Shown here in pieces: positions 1 to 13,100 of a DNA stretch of 64,000 nt. The number at the start of each line of letters is the position of its first letter. Within the stretch, counting starts at the first letter, position 1. The stretch is from contig NMRA01000123.1 in the NCBI GenBank assembly GCA_002633005.1, positions 584,656 to 648,655 of the forward strand, given 5' to 3'. The notes under the pieces are model-generated. The model did not search any database, was not told where the DNA came from, and saw only the letters and a list, made by a program, of their open reading frames with translations. Source of the DNA: Phoronis australis. Its lineage: Eukaryota > Animalia > Phoronida. Both the position numbers and the translations under genes were made by a program.

Positions 1-454
1 TCATATTCCATATTGCACCGGAAGAGGTCGTTTGGTGCAAAGGTCATATAATTTTCAAAATGCTACTCCTCCTTCAGTTTTAAAGCTTTCTTTTCCAAAT
101 TCAGTGCACAGGTATAAGTCAACATGACAATTTAAAAAATTACTTTACTAAGCAATCGGGTCATCCAATCAGGTGAAATAGGTCAAAGGTCATTAGGTGC
201 AAACTAAAATTTTGAGCTAGACATTTCAAATTGGCAGGTGTGATTGCCACAGGTAAATCAAATCGGAATCCAAAGTTTCGGGTCATTTAGTGCAAACATG
301 GGGTCATTAGGTGCATTTTTCTTCTGAAAATTTGACCTTTTCAATCAGCGAGTATTCTGTTGTGTCAACCGTTAGACAACTGTGATTCTCAGCGTTAACC
401 ACATTTTCCATGGGCTTTGCAATAAATCTCCTAAAGATGCTTAAAATGCACCGG
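1..454 (+). mobile_element. Fragment of Helentron/HINE-like repeat (same family as 39.3-40.0 kb)
   Basis: 1-~450 aligns by eye with 39424-~39870 (TCATATTCCATATTGCACCGGAAGAGGTC...CAAAATGCTACTCCT...GAGCTAGAC). Confidence 0.8.
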
Positions 455-585
455 ACATATCTTGCTTCGTCGCGGCGTATGGCAACGACCCAACGCTTCC
501 GAATCTCAACGTCTTTAGGAATTGTAAAGCAGACAGTTGAGTGTCCGTATTTTTTCTTGCCGTTCGCGGGCTGAAATACAATCAT
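455..585 (-). mobile_element. THAP-domain remnant (DNA-transposon derived)
   Basis: FTIPKDVEIRKRWVVAIRR matches the THAP F-x-x-P...W...R core; truncated at the HINE junction. Confidence 0.45.
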
Positions 586-1078
586 GACGATAAGCCAGCA
601 GAGCTATTGTAGCGTGCCTCGTTTTGGAACGCGCCTCCTGTCGGCGTGAATCGGATCTATGTGGAGCACCACCTGTCGAGAATTTGTCGAGATGGAGCCA
701 GAATTGAAACTGATTCTAGATGCAAAGAAATGGACATTTATTTGCAGTTTCAGTGTGCGCCAGAATTTCCTAAAATTGCTGCTGTTTCATACTTCATATC
801 AAGTTTTGGCGGACGTCATGGAAGTACGGTTAAGTAAAAAGGCTCAAATGCATGCAGACGATAAAGTTCAGGGGAGTAAATTTATACTCCCGGGGTCTCA
901 ATGCGTAAATCCGCCACGGGTGGCTCTGAAGTAGGCATATTTAAAAAATATCCCGTTAACGCTCGTGAAATTAGCTTCTGACTCGTGCGTCTTTGACTCT
1001 CAGAAACGAAGATGAATGCTCCTGTCTACATGTCACCATGACTCGTCTTTTTCCTCAATACAAAGGTCCCGTCAACTA

Positions 1079-1156
1079 CTACCGAATACTGTATTTCCGC
1101 ACAAGAATGTGTTCGTATAGACATCCCGGCTGTAAAATGGAATCCGGAAAGTCAGG
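1079..1156 (-). CDS. GALM: GALM-like exon 10 (PDFPDSILQPGCLYEHILVRKYSIR-stop)
   Basis: FP-x2-IL-x-PG-x2-Y C-terminal motif; TTTCAG acceptor; TAG stop at 1081-1079. Confidence 0.9.
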   Translation of the reverse strand, partial: PDFPDSILQPGCLYEHILVRKYSIR

Positions 1157-4100
1157 CTGAAACGGAATGGTAAAATACGTTATGGCTACTTGCGACCTTT
1201 GGCAGAACAGTGGTAAGTGCTTGCCTACCACGCGGCTGACTACCCCAACTCTACTGTATAAAGTGGGAAATCTTTCTCGGTGCAGACTAATTAAACTAAA
1301 GTTTACGGCTTCTACATATTAGGGCGACCATTTCGAAGCGACAGGGGTCAGTTAATGAAAAACTCCGACAAGAAATCACATCAGGAGGACCAAGTCAAAA
1401 GTTGTAAGTCCTGGGAAGTGAAAATTATGTCGACTGGGGGTGAAAATTGTGGCGATCGGGGGGACAGTTCAAATTATGAGGTCCCACAGACTTGTTATTC
1501 TTTAGGATCCCAAGAAACCTTAACTCTAGACTGCTTCTGCTGGCCGCAACGGAAATTATTGGACATTTTGCACGTTTTCAGTGATTTATTGGATTAGAAA
1601 GTATGCAACTAATGTATAGGCTGTAGAAGAGCTCAACTGCGTGTAACAATGTAACGTGCTGGTTACATGGCCTGTGGCCGCAGTTTTGTCCCATATCCAA
1701 GTGCAAGAGTTATGAGATTGTCGAGGGGGTGACAAATTTTTGTTGAATTGGAAAGGAAACTACATCTTATGTTGGACAAAAGGTTAGACAGAATAATAGG
1801 TTTAATAAGATGGCTGTAGATTATAAATAGGGGGCATGTGAAAGAGTTTGCGCTTGCGAGGAGACGGTGGTGAAAAGGTGATAACCTGGAAGGAGAGTTT
1901 ACGCCCTTCTGTATGTCAAAACACAATTTATGCGTCCTACTGTTACATCTTTCGAAAAGGGTGAGAAGCGTACTGATCCTATTTACATGTACTGCTGTGA
2001 CAGTTTGTCCAACGCTTAATGCGGCTAAAAACTCACCTTCAGTCACAAAAAGCAATTTTGATTTAAACCACGTACATGTACCGATGTGAAACTTATCCGA
2101 AATTGCTCCTTTAGGAAAGGATGTCAAGCTCGAATTTTGTCTGTTACGCCGACTTAACACTTAGTACTTTGCAACAGAACATTGCTCAGTAGAGGCCATG
2201 GCTATCGCTTAAAAGTTTGATGTAAATTCGCCTTGCTAAACATGCTAAGTCGACAAGCATGACTGACGCTTTGGGCATAAAATCGGTCGAAAGTGAGGGA
2301 GCTCACGCGTCTTCAACCATTGAATCCATTTGAGGACCGAATGTTAAGGTGAACAATGATTTCATCGTTTCTGCAGAAGTACTAATTACACAATAGCAGA
2401 CACGACAGACACTTTGGTCAAAACATGATGGTTTAGTGTCATTGATTTGTGGGCGCGAGGAAAGAACTGATAGTTCGTTATTGCTTGAGCCTAGGCTACA
2501 CAAGTTGGCTTGTTACGGCGTCTCATTTTGAGTGCTGCGCATGTGGTCACACGCCATAGTGACCTGCCACTTCTCTTATGAGCAAGTTCGGAAAGATAAG
2601 TTAAGTTGCGGCAAGAGTCTACATCAAAAGTTTCTGTGTCGGAATGCGAGTCCCTATAGTTGATTGAGCGAGAGACCTTATTGCCTTCTGTGACTCTATA
2701 GGATTAATATTGTGCACGTCATAAAAACGTTGGAGGCTGCAAATTCGCGGAATAATGCCCTACAATTCAACCATAAGACTTACATAGTGATTAACCGCAT
2801 CCGGGTAATTCTGTGTCTCCATGGCAAACCCCGTGTAAGGACCGTAATGAACTCCTCCTTTGCCGGGACTATCTTCAGTATTTCCGGTATAGAACTGCAT
2901 CCCCGGCTGATCTGTGTACACTTCCATCAATCGTCCGGACCCCTCGTCAAAAGCTCTGCAAGACATGTTAAAAACCATGACATACTGAGAATACATGAAA
3001 GTTGAACAAATTATACAAGTAGACTTTTTCGTCAGGCCACGGAAAATTTTTTTCGTAAACTTGAGACGTTCCGTCATATAACTGTACCGTTTTCTATGTG
3101 CGCTATGACGGAGAAACACTTGCAGGTTCGTCCGAGGTGTTGAAATGCCGCAGCCACTGTTGCTGTGGTGGACCAACGTTTAGAAGAAAATTAAATCCCG
3201 CGCATGCCCCCACACTACAATCATGGAACATTTCTTTTGATTGGTTAACAAAACGAAGTAATATTCGGGCACTCCCACTGGTAAGAAAATAACATCTAAA
3301 CATTCCAGGGACAAGATCTGCATAAGTATACTACTCCGTCGGTTAAGAAATGTTTTGGGGCTTGCGGTTTATTGCGACCACAACTGTCAGACTAAATCAA
3401 TGCATTCCACAAAAGTTCTTTTTTCGCACAAGGGTGTCAGACAAAACAAGAAGACGATTCACGATGATTTTCCAACTCATTCTCCTTATCACATGTGCAC
3501 GATAAACGCCCAAACCTGCGCACGACAAACGCTCAAACCAAAACATGCTCACTGACGCCCACATGCATGTAGTTCATGATTTTTTCCAGCAGGACCAGTC
3601 TGCTGCACAACTCCACTGCACAGGTGGCGCTGTGACAGGGGGTAGCATGACGAAGTCGTAACACGTACAATACGGTATTGCTCTAGAGTTGAAGGGCGGA
3701 CGTATGACGTTTATGATACAGCCAAACACAGAGTATCTACAAGCATAAGCATCTCTCTGGCATAGTGGGACTTCAACAAAGTCAATGAATCCATGTCAGT
3801 CAATGCCTATTCATTGTCGGCAAGGCGCAGGGGCATTCACGCTTTGGCCTACGGAACACCTCAGACGGAGAGTTACGAGCCGAGCAGGTGACTCCCTAGA
3901 GGGAACGATAGCTGAGCTGCCAACTCATGTCAAGGCGAGTACATTGAATTGTATTTCATAGTTTTGTCTTCAGGCACTACTGCCGTTTTGCAAAGGTATT
4001 TTGGAGCTATTGTAAACACCAGTGATATTTTTTCATAACTGGGTGGCGTCGTATAAACACCGAAAGTCGTAGCACTTGTCAGTTTAACGATCTGAATTGA

Positions 4101-7100
4101 AATCGCAGGTCCAATGCACTACACGTTTTGGGACGAGTACGATTACACGAGCATTTGTAATCGCCTCATAATGCTGAAAATGAGTGCAGCGTTGTGTTTT
4201 CGCCCTTCCGAAACACAGTAGTATGTGCCAACAGGATCGAATGGAAAGAAAAAAAAACGAATAGTAACGATAAATGGCTAATGAAGTAATAAAAATTACA
4301 CAAAGGGTGGAATTGGAAAAATCAGTTAAAGCGGCTCAAAGTACTAGCCCCCGCCCCTGATTTTTATAAAAGCTCCACTAAACCTTAAATCAACACTGCG
4401 TAATTTTGCTCAACAAACGGTCCTACTCACTCGGCAGCTTTTTTCACACCAGGAGCTCCCAGAAGGCAATAGTTGTTGTCAAATCCATTGTGTTGCATGT
4501 CGGGTAGGTTGTGTAGCTTCCTCGGCGCAGTCAGATCGTATACAGTATTTTTTACAGCTTTTAGTTTTCCTAAAATAAGCAGGGTGAAGACATCAGAGGT
4601 CACAAATGAATACACCAATACGCAAATCGGAAATGCAACACACCCGGGTCCAGTATCCGATCACGCACTTGTTTCCAGAGGCTTGAGAACACTTTTCGAC
4701 GGTTTTTTTCATAGCGTTGAAACACCTCAATGAAATTATTACTTAGTTCGAAAGATAAGTAATATTCGGAGGCCACGTGGGCTCGTCGGTCGTAAAAGTT
4801 GTTATGTGGCTCTCTGCTATTAACCGTATCCTCACATCTGTTGCCATGACGTTAACGTCCCTTCAAGTCCCAATTTACCAGGTGGCGAGTCTGTCTCTTT
4901 CACGAGTAGGCTCCGGCACGATATTTCATGAGTCCGCTCAAAAATAGTGTAGCAAAGAGACAGTTTACGAAAAGGAAAGTTATGAAAGGTAGACATGGTG
5001 GCTTTGCATTGCTTTTGGCGGCCGGTATTACACAAGATTATGTCATACTTTTCCGTTTGAAAATGCCATGTGTGGAAATGATCTGACAGGATTTCAGTAA
5101 GATGATACACGCTTGTGTTTTCTATAATATGAAGAGCGTACCTAAAGTCCGTTCAAAAAAACGAGGAGGCTGGGTTTTGAGGTCTAGGAGAGGCCACTGG
5201 GGTTGATTTGCGTCAAGAGGGCTCAGACCTACCACCGGGATATGATGGACTGTGGTCACAAAATGGGCGACTCGAAATGAACTGTGGCATCGGGGTAACA
5301 GGGTCCTCTGTGTATGAAGTATTAGTAAGGGTAATCACCTGGGAACCTTGCCTACAAATATCTACATGTTAAAAAAGAGACGCGTTCCTTAGACGCAAGA
5401 TAGTTGCAAAAACAAGGCCAGAAAAATCACCCGAGTGAAGCTTTTAGAGTATACTCGAGAGCTTGCCATAGTACAGTAGCAAAATGATTGGTGGGAAATT
5501 TGAAGTTTGAGATGGAATTCTCGGTTCTCCTCCTAGAAGCAAAGATTTCTCGCCGAAAATGAGTCTCTCGCAAGTGTCTAGCGTTTGCGGAAAATGTCCC
5601 AGCTTTCTGCTCTCAATCTATAGTTAGATTTTTAAAGCAGGGACATTGTTCATGAGCGTCAGTAGCGAATATTTTTTGATGTATTCCTTCCTTTTCATAT
5701 TCAACGCAGCAGATGCCAAAAGAAATAGCGGGCAAGCAGATTTTCTAGCTGTTGCCGTAGAGCGAAAGTCGTGGATCCCTACCTGTGGGTATATGATCGT
5801 CATCATCCTCCGTGATGTAAAGTGCGTTGATCTGATACAGGAACTTGTCAACCGTCACGCGTGAACCCTAGTCACAAAATTATTAAGAAATTAAAACAAT
5901 GTTTATATTGCCATTAATTGCAGTAAATCCTACTTTTTTCGTGGTCTTTTCGAAAATCGCAAATAAAATGCTTATTTGCATAGGGTGACGCAACATGCGT
6001 AGATCAATCACAACATAGGTGACGTCAACGTTTTTACAAACAGTGTTAACGAAGTAAATGCGACTCATCTCTTTTCCAGCGTGCGTTTCCATGATCAAAT
6101 CTTAATTTTCGTTTATCGTCCAGAAGCTTACTGGATTGTAATAACCACTTGACGATGGCAAACAGATGTGTATTTGTTCGAAGCACAAGAAACTAGGTCG
6201 CAAGCTCGTCGCATAGATATCGATAGATAGGTGCATTCAGTGTTCATTTTGTTTTTCTTTCTTATAATAAAGATAGTGGCAAGGATTTATCGGTAACGGG
6301 CAGATGTGCGCCCAAGGTGCGACATCCATGCGACCTGTGTTGTTACGTCGAGCACAGACGCAGTAATTAAAGGAAAACAATGGAAGTGTCCCACAGGCGA
6401 TAACCAGGCGACGCGCTTACCGCCCGTCGCATGGATCTCGCAAAATAAGCGTTAAATTGCGACATCCATTCGATGTCATTTGGCATGTAAACATGTACTT
6501 TAAACGATAAAAATAGTACCCATATGGCGCAGACAGTATAGTGTAAATTAACATAGTAAATATTGTTTGCAGGTGGCAAAAGTTTTCGTACACTAAGACC
6601 TTGAAAACTCTAAACAATTAAAATCGAAATAGATTGATTGCACAAAAACAATCACAGTCTTTCCAATAACGGTACTTGTGACCATTGTCATTAACCTTGA
6701 TTAGTGTAGTGATAGGATTTTAGGACCAGTTCGGTCATAGGTCATAATTCCGGTCTTTGCAACGAGCCTGAATTTTAAACCACGTGATCAATCAAACTTA
6801 ATACACTTGTCTTACCTGAGATAGGACTTAAGCACAACAAATACCTATCACAATGTGATACCTTGGTTCTTTTTACACGCCAAGGCTTTGCAACATGATT
6901 AAACAGGGCTTCGATAGTGTAACTGTTACAAAAATAGGCCTTCGTGCAACAAGATTCACAACAATGTCGGGAAAATCTGGGGCAGGGATCTTCCCTCCGA
7001 AGAACAAGGTCACAAGCATCAAAGTCTGTTTTGCAAGAGTCTCGATACCGCTGAGAATTATACCTAGTGGTTTCCAAGAGATGGGGTCTAAAACTTGTCG

Positions 7101-10100
7101 ACAAAATCGAACTCGTTTTTTTTTAGAATTTTCCCTTCAACTTTTGCGCGAACTAAAGATAACCGGCGGTTATAGTTTGTGCGCAAGTACATTATGGTTT
7201 AGGCATGTGAATTTCTAGTCCAGTTTTGCACTTGATGACCCTTATATTCGTGCAGCAAACTAGAGTTAAACTTGAGCTTTCTAATAAAAACGCTAAATTT
7301 CCGTTTCAGACTTGAAGACTCAAACTTTTAACCCCAATGTTGGGGTCATTAAGTAAAACTATGATTAGAAAGCTATTCATGTAAGCCATACATCACTCGC
7401 GCACAGGATAACAGACATTTGTTTTGAGTTGTCACAACCGTAGAAAACGAAAAAAAAAATATTTCGAGATTGATTTCTACAGTTTAAGGGCAAGTCATGT
7501 ACGCTTATACCTGGCCTGCCAAGTTAAAGTAAGCATGGTTGCATAAATTGACAGGTGTGGCGCTGTTGCTTGCTGCTTGGAAAGTCTGTATGACTTTGTT
7601 ATCGTCCGTCAACTGATAGGTCACGTTCACGATGACCTCTCCGGGGAATCCTTGGTCGCCATCAGAGCTTGTCATTGTCATCAAGACCCGCGTGTCGTCA
7701 ATATCTGCTTTCCAGATATACTGAAATTATTTAAGAACAGTAGTCTTTGAAGCAGTGGATGAATAAAACGTGTGCATATTAAGATCGTCTTGAACTCGTT
7801 GACTTGACAACGTTCTGCAGCACCTCAATTCACTAGGAACAAAACCATACCCACGCGTAGAACGCGCAATCGGTTTTCCGCATGCAGTAAAACTTACCCG
7901 GATCGAGGATGTCACAAGAATGTCGCTGGTGGTATTGAGGATCAACTACTAATTTAAGTTTTTAAGTGCCCGCTCAAACGGAATCGTGGTGGTCTTTTTG
8001 ATCGGGTCTCGTGAGACAAGGGGCCCTTACCCCACCTGTCATCCCACCCCTCCCGTTTATAGTCGCTGTGACCCGCGTTGCTGGTCACTTAGTCAAATTG
8101 CCTGCAGTCGTTTTTAAACAGTGTTAAAACATCTTGAGGTGAAAACACGCCATGTGTACACCATTCTTACACAGGGTTTGGTTAAAAAATTTCGGTATTA
8201 TGGCGACAACTTTAAAAGCAACTGGATAAAATTTATTCTTTTTCCCAAGAGCATTTTAGATGTTTGGTTGTCACGTTTATCTTATTTGATTGCAGAAACA
8301 ATAAATTAATAGTTAAATAAGGTACCCACGCGGTCAAAGCCATGTTTCCCGCCATGTAGTGTGTTGTGACCTTCGTTCTGCGACAAGTGATAACTCTTGC
8401 CCGTGCTTGGAATGGTGAAGAAGCCACCCTTGATTCTGTTACACACCCGACCGATGGTGGCGCCAAAGTATGCGTCGACTGTGTGATTGTCTGTGTCGTA
8501 ACCTGGCAGCAAAGTTTCGTGAAAGATTCGTGAGAGGCAGTCACGCGATGTTGAAAATTCTTACAAGAACCAGATCACGTGCATGGCTTGTTTGAAATTT
8601 GAACTTCAGAGCGCACAGCGGAGCATTTACATGAAGTTTTAGCAAGAACTGTCGTGGTCACAATTCCCTTCATGTTGTAAGCGTCAATAAAACTTACTGC
8701 GAGCATCGTGAGCACAAAACTACATTAATAGATATATCATGAAAATAGTGATGGTAGTTTTATCTTTATTGTCTCACAAGAAATTCGTGTACGTCAATGC
8801 TATGAGCATAAACAACACAGATGTGGTTATTTCCTACTGTTTTGTAAAAACATCGCGGTGTATAACTGAAAATGCCTTATAAACATCATCTAGCAAAGCA
8901 CTTTTCAAACATTCGGCAAAAAATAATGAATTTCTTCCGGAAGACGCTTCAAGAATCAATTTCTGGACTGCAAAATCCAATTTCTATTTATTTCTGATCT
9001 GCAATAATTCTTGACTATCGTGAAGAAGTGCTTACGGGCTTCAATACTACACGAGTACAAGTTCGGTAGGTTAAAACAAGTTGTCTCATTTCATACCGGC
9101 AAGATTGTCATAACCAAGGACAATGTCTTCAAAATGTCCGTCTTTATCAGGAACTTCCAGCGAAGTGAGAATTGCTCCGAGAGAAATGACTTGCAGCTGC
9201 AGTCCGTTGACGTTTTTGAAAGTAAATCTGTAGAATGTGCATTTATATAACACAAAATCTAATATTCTGTATGTAAAGCAACTTTATGAATTTAACTATA
9301 AGTGCTGTCACTGTTGCTGAGAATGTTGTGGTAGCAGTGTAGCCTAGTGTGATAGGTGCCCGCTTTCTTTTCTGGAGGTCGTGGGTTCGAGTCCCAATGG
9401 GTCAGTGCTGAACCCCTGCCTTAGGTTTCTAGCTCCTCAGCTAGGTGTTAACTATGTATTAGTAAAACATGAAAAATGGTCCCAAGTAATCTGTGTATAG
9501 GCTCACATGAGCGGCCTGCGCACGTCCGGTACAACGAGTACCAGATCGCCTGCAATTATTTTTCCGTACGGAAAATGTTTATCCGCAGTTGCTATCATGG
9601 GCCACATATCTTCCGTTATCCAATTTTCAATCAATACCACCACTCTTGAAATTCCTTCATAACTGCATTTTTTTTAAAATTGAATATCACGTTTTTTGAA
9701 ATAAAAGTTAATTAATGTCGTAAAACAACGAATGCGTTAAGACCTTTAGGCAAACTGTGTCGAACCTCCACATTTTTTTAGGATTCATTGTAGGCACAGA
9801 CAAAACTTCCACATGAAAACTAAAAAATGAACGATAAATTGCAATTGTGTTAACTAACTGAAAAACATGGTCATTGAATTACAACGTGAATTACCAGGCA
9901 CAGTTTTGCATCGAGTATTTGAAAATTTGGACCTCGGTAACGAACGAACTCAGTCACATTAAAATGTTCAAGTCTGTTAAGATTCTCATATTTCAGATGT
10001 TATCGATGGTGTAAAGCTCACCGAGGCTGGCCCAAAAACGAAAGACGAAAATGCTGCAGCTCGTTGTACCCATTGTTTTTGCGGAAGTTTCATTCTTGGC

Positions 10101-13100
10101 TTCGTATTCTCAAAATGCCATATATATCGACAGCTTTGTAACAGTTTATCTTAGGGGCTCATTTTCCCACTGTACTTAATTCTTGAACACTTTGTAAGAA
10201 TTTTATCAGCCGTCTAACCAAGTGCGTACGTACCTGTACACATGATCCCCGCTTTTGCTGATTCCAAACAGTTCCTTATGTATGAACCCTCCAGATGGTA
10301 GTGACACCTGCCGTTACGGAAGTGAAACTATACATGTTAATATACCTCGACGTCCTTGACATTGTGAATAAGAATCTTTTGGTGAGTTTCTTGGCACCTG
10401 AATTTTTGAAAACATTTCAACATCAAACAGACCTTGGTCTGAGTACACAGATCAAACCACACTAGTCGACATTGCTTCGATTGTGCTCGAACAATCGTGT
10501 ACGGTGGCCCAAAGATGATATCGCGCAACTTATCTCAGGATCAAGAGATCCCGACATAATTATCTCGGGATCTCGAGATACCAACTTAATTGTCTTGGGA
10601 TCTTGATTCTATCAACATAGTGTGTTTACAAATGCACACCGGTCTCAACTAATAAATAACAACGAATAGGCCTACTCGAAGTAGTTTGGATAAAAACACG
10701 TTGAAAACTAAATTGAATGCATGGCCAGGGGCGTCGAGAGGGGGTGGACTTGAGGGCCAACAACTCCGGGGATCGGGGCCCGTGGCAGTTAAGGTGGTTC
10801 GTCGGTGAAGGAACAAGAACAAAAAACGGCACAACAAAAAACAAAAATTCCAGAAGTTTGGTCGGATGACCTCAGTTTAGCAAGTCTATTAACTCAGAAA
10901 TCCACGAGGTCCCTTCGAAATTTGACGGAAACAGTTTAAATATTGCTACGTACATGTGTGTGACTGTTGACAACTGGTAAAAGAAGAGATGATGTAGATC
11001 GCAAACTTTGTATTGTTCTATTGCGTATAATGTGGGCTGCAGGCATCATTTTTGTACAAGTTCGAAAGTAAGTGTTCTAAACCTAAACTAATATTTCAGC
11101 GTCGTCCATGGCCGATCATTACCACTCGAGCAAATCTGCAATATTAAAGCTGGCGGTTGCTACTTGAACTGTGCTCCAAGAATAATTTTACGCAAGTGCG
11201 GCTTTTCAATCGTATTCCTTAAAACCTGATATTTCTGAGCCATGGCATTTTGATGGGCAAATCAAATGGCAGATGCACTGGGAAAATTTCTACATTTTAT
11301 GTACAGTAATAACGGATAGATGATGCAACTTTCAACGTTTGTAAAAGCACGTGTGATCCTGTCCGCCGTGAAACCAGGTTTAAAGCTGTGACAGTCTCAA
11401 CAAGGTAAGAGACAATATATATAAAAGCAACGGGATTTTTCAACTTCAACTTGTTCCGATGTCTCATATGATACAACGTCATCAGGACTAGTATTTCCAG
11501 ACCATGTACAACCTTCCAGTGACCCACAAGATGTACAGTATAGCTATCAGGACCCGTCATAGTAACAAAAACATCAATGACAACGCTTATGTTTAGAACT
11601 CCCATCTGTCAAGACTTCAGATAACATGATCTGAGGAAAGAACAAAATTAGATTTATCACGCCACAACAGATTTACGTGTCTCATGTTATTAAGATGATT
11701 TTAAAGATACCATTTCCGCTTAAAATTGCAGTACGTCTAGTTTTGCTGGCTCAAAAACAAAACTAGAACCAGACCTCTTGCTGTTTTAAATCAGTCTCGT
11801 ATGATAGGCTTTGTTTTCTGTTACCAGGAATATTCCAATTTGGATACACAAGAAGCTGTAAGAGATAGATATTAAACTTAGGGCTGTGGCAAAAAAATGT
11901 AGACATGCTGAATTATTGTCCTGGTATCATTATTAGCGCCATGCACCTTCGGAGTTTGTTGTCGAGACTAGGGCTCGCGCTTTGTATTAATTATTTAGCC
12001 AGGACAGTAACGTGGTTATAGATTCAAGCACCACAAATGCGTCACTTGTGGCTTAGTGGTGAAACACGAAAGTGTGTGATTCTTTGTGCGGTCGATCCAG
12101 GTGGTGTGGCAATGCCACCCGCTAGAAGAATGTTTACGAACAGCAACACTGAGGAAATTATCTCGGGATCTCGAGATCCGGAGATTATTAAAAAAGGAAC
12201 GCGTGATGTCATCTTTGGGTCAACGTATACTCGTGCGCAAACAGCGACTTTATCGGTTCCAGGGCACGTGCACTAGGAGGATTCTATATAACATTCGCAA
12301 TTGTGTTTTGCTATGAACCCAACTCTTTGGAACACCAAATTAACAAAAAATATTCTGATGGAAACGCGCGTGTTCAACTATATACATGAATGGACTGAAA
12401 GTGCCCTACTAAAAGTGCCGAACTAACCCATGCCAGGGTTGCGAAAATATCACGTGACCTTCAAAAACACCAATGAATTGTGTATCGCAGTGATGGTATC
12501 TAGGTGCACTCGGTGTATAATTTTCAGTGCAGCAATCGCGCGGCTAAAATAAAAACTAAAACAAAAGTGAGACATTTGATAACACGTTCATGTAAAATGA
12601 ACATTCGCTTATTAATCTGCTGTGTACTTTCAGAGGCTTTGTATGTTTAAGACACACTGGTCGTGACACCAACGCTCCTCTTGTGCCAGGTATGACCAAT
12701 TTCCGAACATGCTTCTGCGTACGTGCCTGAAGACCCGTCTTTCCGTTTTAATTTTCCGCACAGTGCTTGTAATTTTTCCAGTAAAATTGATGCTGTTTGA
12801 TATGTGCAGTGAACACTACATCTCAGTTGAATGCGAGTGTTTATTGTTTTGCCGGAGCAGAATCAGGGCAAAACTAGCAAATTAGTGATCAGCCATAGTG
12901 CCAGAAAGGAATGTCTGACACTTTCTGTTCTCAATGCTTACGACGTAGAAAAGATCTCTAAGTAGACCTGTGTGGCAAAGCCTATAGGCCTAGTTGCCAT
13001 GTCAACATTTATGTAATTCTTCCATTTTGATTGACAGTTGACAACAAAAGCCATACTCTTTTTGTAACTGATCTAATCAGCTGCCTATTAGTTTGATACT

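Noticed and set aside
1663-2160. 165-aa minus-strand ORF in the last GALM intron
   Set aside because: Non-ATG start, no recognisable domain or exon boundaries; may be a retroelement relic but I cannot support that
9331-9403. tRNA gene
   Set aside because: A and B boxes are present but there is no convincing cloverleaf or acceptor stem; better explained as a SINE head
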